From Azolla caroliniana (taxonomy: Eukaryota > Plantae > Polypodiophyta), in contig JBHGNT010000014.1 of NCBI GenBank assembly GCA_043228905.1, forward strand, positions 16,616,001-16,680,000: DNA of 64,000 nucleotides, in the 5' to 3' direction. The position numbers and the translations under genes are program-made. Under the pieces are notes generated by a model. The model worked only from the letters and a program-made list of their open reading frames with translations, did no database searches and had not been told where the DNA came from. This document shows positions 58,701 to 64,000 of the stretch, in pieces (within the stretch, counting starts at the first letter, position 1; every line of letters starts with the position of its first letter).

Positions 58701-61700
58701 TAACAATGCTACCATAATGTTGCCTTCTTTTCTTCCTTCGGCAATTCCTTTGCAACATTTACCGGTCGGGGCTTGTCTGCTGTGCCGAGGTCCACCTCCT
58801 CGAGTTGGGATGCTTTTACCCTCTGGGATATCGTCATTTCCCTCTCTAGGGATTCCTGCGCTTGTCGTAGTTCCCGGATCGCCGCTTGGTCCGGTTCTTC
58901 CGGCGTCGTAATGTACGGTTCTACTGCCGCCGTGATATCCACCTCAAATAGTGGGACGATTCGTGGGTGTTCCTCGAGGTACCGCTCGACTTCCTCGTCC
59001 GGTAATCCCTCCAACATGTTAATGCTTTCCGCATACAATGGAGTTGCTTCCTTACTGGTGATCACCCGTGGTTGCGTCGTTACTCGTACCTTTGTTTTCC
59101 CTCGCCGGAATGTGATCATGTTCTTTTGCGAGTTCTGCTTGATATGCGCCGTTCGTAGCCATGGTCGTCCTAGCAGTAGGGGGTACGCGCCTTGTACATT
59201 CAGCTGCAGCACCACGGCCGATATCCGGAATACGTGGCCTCCGATCGTGATTTCCAAATCCCGGATAAGCCCGGTCGGTCGGACTGAGCTAGTATCCGCC
59301 ATGCGTAACCAGAAGGGGCATGGTTCCCATTCCCGGATGCCCAGGTCGTTGCATGTCTGTTGGCTGATGACATTTACCCCGGAGCCTCCGTCAATAATCG
59401 TTCCAGCAATTTCCTTTCCTTTCACGATTGTCGTGATCGCCGAGCTACTTGTATCGACCACCGCTGGTCCTTCCTCCGGGTTGGAGAAGAATGCCGGTGC
59501 TGGCGTCGGCTTCGGTTTGCTGACGGATACCTGTAGATCTGCCGTAAATCGTGGCACTAACTGTAGTAGTCGTGCTAACGGCAGCACGATTTGACAGTCC
59601 TGTAGCGCTTGCCACGTCGGGTTTTCTCCTGGCTGTATGATTTCTTCGTCTTTTGGCATATTTTGGTCTCTTACTTCTGCCGCATTCTGTTCATTGGCCT
59701 CCTTGATCCATTGTGTCGCTTGTTTTCTGATTGCCTCCTGGGCCTCCCACTCGGCGGTCTTTCCCTTTGACCGGGTTGTGACCTGCTGTACTTCTGTTAT
59801 TTCGGCTGTAACCATGTTGACTTCCGGCTGCTTGTCATAGCTTTTGCTTGGGCATTGGTTACTATAGTGGCCTTCCTTGCGGCAGTAATAACAGTACACC
59901 TTGTGACTGTTGCTCGTTTCTCCTTTGTCCCCGGTTTGGAGGGTGGGTATGCTCCGGCGGTCGTCTTCGGTTTTTCGGTTATCCGGTACGGATACCGGGT
60001 TGTCATTCCTTGCTGCCTCCCGACGTTCCTCTCTTCGGAAAAATCCACGCTTCTGATTCCGTCGGAAATTTCGGTTCCCTTGTCGCCTCTCTCCTCCGCG
60101 TCGGTCTTATTCCGGGGCTCCGTCTCGGTCGTACCGGTCCCAGGGGTAGCTTTCTTTGCGTCTCTCCTCTCGGTCATAGTTGTCGCGTCTTTTATCAGCG
60201 TATCCTTGTCGCCTCTCTTCTCCGCGTTTGTCGTCTTCCGGGGATTCGTCTCTGTCATACCGGTCCCGGGGGTAGCTATCTCTGCGTCTCTTCTCTCAGT
60301 CATAGTTGTCGCGTCTTCTATCAGCGTATCTGTTACCGCGTTCGCGTTGGTAGCGGTCGTCTCTCTGGAATCGATCCTCGTCCGGGTTCTGATTGCGCAG
60401 TTCTATGTGTCGAACCGGTGCTGCCTGCCGATTTAACAGGTTGTATTCGCATCGGTCCGTTGTATGGGCTCGAGAGTTGCAGATCACACATTGTGTCCGC
60501 AGGGTGCAGTCTACTGTTGAGTGCCCCGAATTTAGGCATGTTGTACATTGTAAGGCCTGGCGGAACCTCAGGTCTTCCTCTTTTGGGAGTGCCCGGTGTA
60601 ACATCCCCATCGACAAGAAGGGGCTAGTCTTGTCCATTTCTAAAACCTGATCAATAACTTGGTCCATTGTGCTGGTTTGGAAATCAAGGACTCCGCACAT
60701 TGTTCGAAGTGGCTCTTTCAGTGCAGCCAGAAAGACTGCTTTGGCTTCGTCTTCGGGTGGTGCTCTTGTCAGTTGGCTGTGCAGGGTCTGGAACCGAATG
60801 ATGAATTGTGGCATAGTCTCGTTTTCTTCCTGCCGGGTGGTGTAGAACTGCCCGACCAATTCCCTTTGCTCAAATTGTCTGTGAAAAAACTTGAGGAATC
60901 TAGCCTTCAAGGCATCGAATGTGGCAAAGGTGCCTGGTAAGTGCTTTGTGTGCCATTGGGCCGCCGGTTCTTCTAAGGTTATGCCGAATTCGGCGATTTT
61001 GGATCGTTCGGCTTCGGGTTCCGTCAGTCTTTGGGAGATATGGTTGGCTTCCCATGTTTGGAGGAATGCGTACACGTGTGCCTCCACGTCGGCCTCATCC
61101 CGGTACTTTGGGTATGGGTACGGCATCGTGTCGTCCAATTGACTCTCCTGTTCCCTATTCGCTGTTGGCGTTGGTGTGAGAACCTTTGGTTCCTCCGCGG
61201 GTGTTGCCGGTGTCCGGTCCGTTGGTTCCTCCGCGGGTGTTGTCGGTATCCGCTCCTTCGGTTCCCTCGCGGTTGTTGTCGGTATCTGGTCAGCCTTCCT
61301 CGGCGGTTGCCGGTCACCGAATTCCAGGGTTATTTCTTCCTCTGGCGCCGGTGTTACTGAGTCTTCCGACCCCTCGTCCTCCCGGTCGTTTGGTGTGTCG
61401 TGGCTGCTTTTATACCGGGATGCAACGCTTCCGTCGCTTTCCGACTCCGCCTCAAGTGTTGCGAATGCTTCCGAGTCCCCGTCGCCCGCGCCGAGCGTCT
61501 GCAGTATCGTTTCCGCCTCTTGCAGGCTTGTTATGCTACTGCCTTCGTCGGGGATTTGCAGAACCCGGAACTGTAGTGCTTCTTCTGCGACTCTCCGAAG
61601 AGTTTTGGAGAATGACCGATCCCGCCGGATCTCGTCGACGGCTTGCTGCAGGGCTTCCCGTCGTTGCTCGCATTCGGTGTATCGTCTCCCTCGTTCGATG

Positions 61701-61726
61701 ATGTGGTCGTCGTTTGGTCTAGACAT
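55797..61726 (-). pseudogene. J gag-pol (few stops, one frameshift near 58718)
   Basis: CTTCLNSGHSTVDC, CVICNSRAHTTDRC, CYYCRKEGHYSNQC, IIDGGSG, VFLDD, HCGIAGGH..CDLC, WGLDFVGP, WTGPF; no chromodomain or extra RNase H. Confidence 0.95.
60078..60330 (-). repeat. 120-bp tandem duplication in J gag (R/D/E-rich)
   Basis: Two copies of GYAD.RRDNYDRE.RR..SYP.DRYDRD..PE. Confidence 0.8.
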
Positions 61727-62163
61727 CCATCCCCCGGTTGTCCTCTGCACTTTGCAGGAATCGTGGTCGCCAAAATAGTGTTGTCTGTCTGGCCGGACTA
61801 GCCTCAACACAGGTGTCTACCCGACACTTCTCCAAAGGGGTGGTAAGGATTGGATGCTAGGTTACACGCATAAGATAATTATAATTAAGCACGGACGGCA
61901 AACAATACGAGATACAGATAAATACACAATGATTAGTATTGTATTACTTCCGTCAAAACACTTTACAAATCATCGGATCCTTTTATAGGCATCCGGCAAG
62001 GTTACAATCGGTGCGCTTAGGCAACTGACATCCGAATCGGTTCGGATCCGGATCAGTACAACTGTACCGAATCCGTCCCTCCGAATAATAATTCTAATCT
62101 TACTTCCTATTATCCGATCCGCCTTCCCACTTGTCCTTGCTCTTTTGACCGGCCAACACTCTA

Positions 62164-63701
62164 CTGCCCTACGCCGATGGCTCGTAGAGAAATGCCTGGA
62201 TGGCTACATCCGGGTTGCAGAAGCACCTATGCACCCGGACGCCATGAACATCGCCAGGAAGCTTAACATAGACATGGTCACCAACTCTTCCATTCGGAAG
62301 AAGTTGGACCTATCCTCACTAGGTGAAAGACATTTCGAAATACCTCCTACAGAGGCGCTGCAACGGTATTTTGGACCATATTCATCCTCCGCCAAGACCT
62401 ATAGAACAAAAAAAATTCCGGATCCCTTCTTCCGTGAAGTTGCCAAGTTCCTACTGGAAGTCGGTTGCGTCCATGTCAACGCATACGGGATGCCTAAGCA
62501 GAAGGCGGGCATCATTATCGACACCTTTGAAGGGCGTGCAGTCAACTGGGGGGTAATCACAAGGTCGGCGTTACGAGAAGGCTTGCATGCGTACCAAGCA
62601 GGCAAAAAGCTCAGGCCAATCATCCAACAATACCTTACAGTACTGTTTCCACCCCGAGGCCTGCCAGCACCGCAGCCCAGCCAACCCACGGCCCCGCCCC
62701 GATCTGCGAAATGCAGGTTAGCGGAGTTAGCGGCCCTAGAGTGGGAGGAGGAACCCCAACCGGCCCAGCCAGACCCAAGGACAACACCTCCTACCGACCA
62801 GCCGGACACACGGGCGACGCAGGAGGAACAACCGAGACGCCCCATGGAAGCAGCCCCAGGACCAGACACCGAAACACGGTGGGAAAGCCCTAGACCAAAA
62901 CGGCGCAGATTGGATAGGAAAGATGGGCAGGGGTTGGTAAAAGACGCCCCCACGGCTTTAGAGGCACCGACCGAAGGCTCAAGCTCCGCAGCAGCAGAAC
63001 CAAATGCCACCGTCGAAATCATCCGGGAGCAATGGCCGATTATTACGACTCAGTCCCAACGAGGGAAAGCCGTATTGATGGCAGAAAGCGAGGTTTTGGC
63101 ATATCCGGATATCCCGGATACGGCCCACGAATTCAGCGCCCTCTTGCAGTTCGGTACCTCTTTTGAGCTCATGGAGTTCCTAGCAACACAACAGGTCAAA
63201 GCCGCCCAACGAATGGCCGAGGAGCATGCGGAACGTCAGATGATCGAGCGCGCCCTAACACAAACAACGGAGAGCGATGATGAGGATCGGCTAGCCAGGG
63301 TCGGCAGACAGAGGAACGTCGGGGTACGACGAGTAGGGATGGAGATACCACCCTTAAACACGGCCCTAGTCGAAGTCCATCGGGAACTGGCAAAGGTCAG
63401 CACGGGCGCCAAGGAGATGGCCATAAAAAATAAGAGTGTCTGGAAGAAGGTTAAACTGACTGAAGCCGAACTACAAAAGGCCAACGCACGCATCACGGAG
63501 TTGGAAGCTCACGCGACTACGGCGCAACACGCAACCCTGCCACCGAACCACGTCATCGACGCTCTAAAAGAAGAAATCGAGGCTCAAACCGCCATCTCCT
63601 CAAAAGCAAAAAGGGTTGTGCAGCTAGTGGAATCCGAAATTGACCGTCTTCGAGCAGAACTACGCCAATCCTCCGATAGAGAAAAGGAGATACGGAGGTA
63701 G
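62164..63701 (+). pseudogene. I extra ORF (5' part 52220/52409-52427, split by J); helical domain, Pro-rich linker, coiled coil
   Basis: Removing J restores MPIFISTALRRWLVEK; coiled-coil-like coding continues to the window end. Confidence 0.75.
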
Positions 63702-64000
63702 CTCAGCATGTCCGGACAAAAGACGACTACGCCCAATTACGAGAGGACGCGAAGAAATTAGAGGCGGCAATAGCGGGACTTCGGGCCTTATTAGAAAAAA
63801 GAAGGTATGGTTCGATGAGCAGTTGGTGGTCGAACAAGACAGAAGGCATCAACTCGAAATCCGCCTACACAATGAAATGGGAAAATTAGAAGAACATCAT
63901 GCAAAGGAATCCCAGCTATGGGAGGGCCTGAAGGCCACGTATGAGGAAGCGACAACCGTTAAACAGCAGGAAATCGCAAATCTCCAGAAGTCGATGGAAG

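Larger units (their letters stand above)
52428..62158 (-). mobile_element. Full-length Athila-like Gypsy element J with an extra ORF and no terminal PPT
   Basis: 380-bp LTRs 52428-52807 and 61779-62158; TSD CTCTA; minus-strand TATAAAAG in the LTR; PBS TGGCGACCAC (tRNA-Arg UCG-like) 61763-61772. Confidence 0.96.
42311..64000 (+). mobile_element. Athila-like non-chromovirus Gypsy element I with a 3' extra ORF; 3' LTR outside window
   Basis: LTR 42311-42748 (TGTT..CAACA, TATATAAAG), PBS-like TGGCACGC at 42753 (tRNA-Arg-like, short match), gag-PR-RT-RH-INT, extra ORF. Confidence 0.85.

Noticed and set aside
58709-58730. Programmed frameshift between PR and RT in J
   Set aside because: No slippery heptamer, and relative I stays in frame here; it looks like a small insertion lesion.
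59380-59400. DGG protease triplet in J as a novelty
   Set aside because: IDGGS-type motifs are common in plant Gypsy proteases.
52428-62158. J is really a plus-strand element with an inverted interior
   Set aside because: The TATA box and all ORFs are on the minus strand, and the other end also has a PBS rather than a PPT, so inversion would not supply a PPT.

Overview
The 64 kb window is entirely nested transposable-element sequence, with no host gene, rRNA, tRNA gene or CRISPR array. It looks like methylated plant heterochromatin (plant-type tRNA primer sites, many C>T stop codons); a non-seed plant is a guess. Nesting reconstructed from LTR pairs, target-site duplications (TSDs) and restored reading frames: Gypsy pol fragment 0 (1-390) > Copia (from 391) > tRNA-Trp-primed Gypsy A (from 4334). 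A's 5' LTR holds B (4592-11599) and C (12031-37198, minus). C holds a hAT MITE, non-autonomous D and gag-only G. G holds an inverted dimer E/F. A's gag holds a Copia solo LTR. A's pol holds Athila-like I (from 42311), which holds a solo LTR, gag-only H and Athila-like J (52428-62158, minus). Best novelty candidate: J has no polypurine tract (PPT) at its 3' LTR. In its place is a tRNA-Arg 3'-end-like sequence (a second, inward-facing primer-binding site, PBS), suggesting tRNA or tRNA-mimic priming of both cDNA strands. Also notable: the Trp-primed lineage makes 4-bp ACG-N TSDs and carries a covarying -1 frameshift pseudoknot and a covarying pre-PPT hairpin; E/F is a 7-kb head-out dimer with one TSD and a PBS-PPT fusion. 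All alignments were done by eye and tRNA assignments come from remembered plant tRNA 3' ends.
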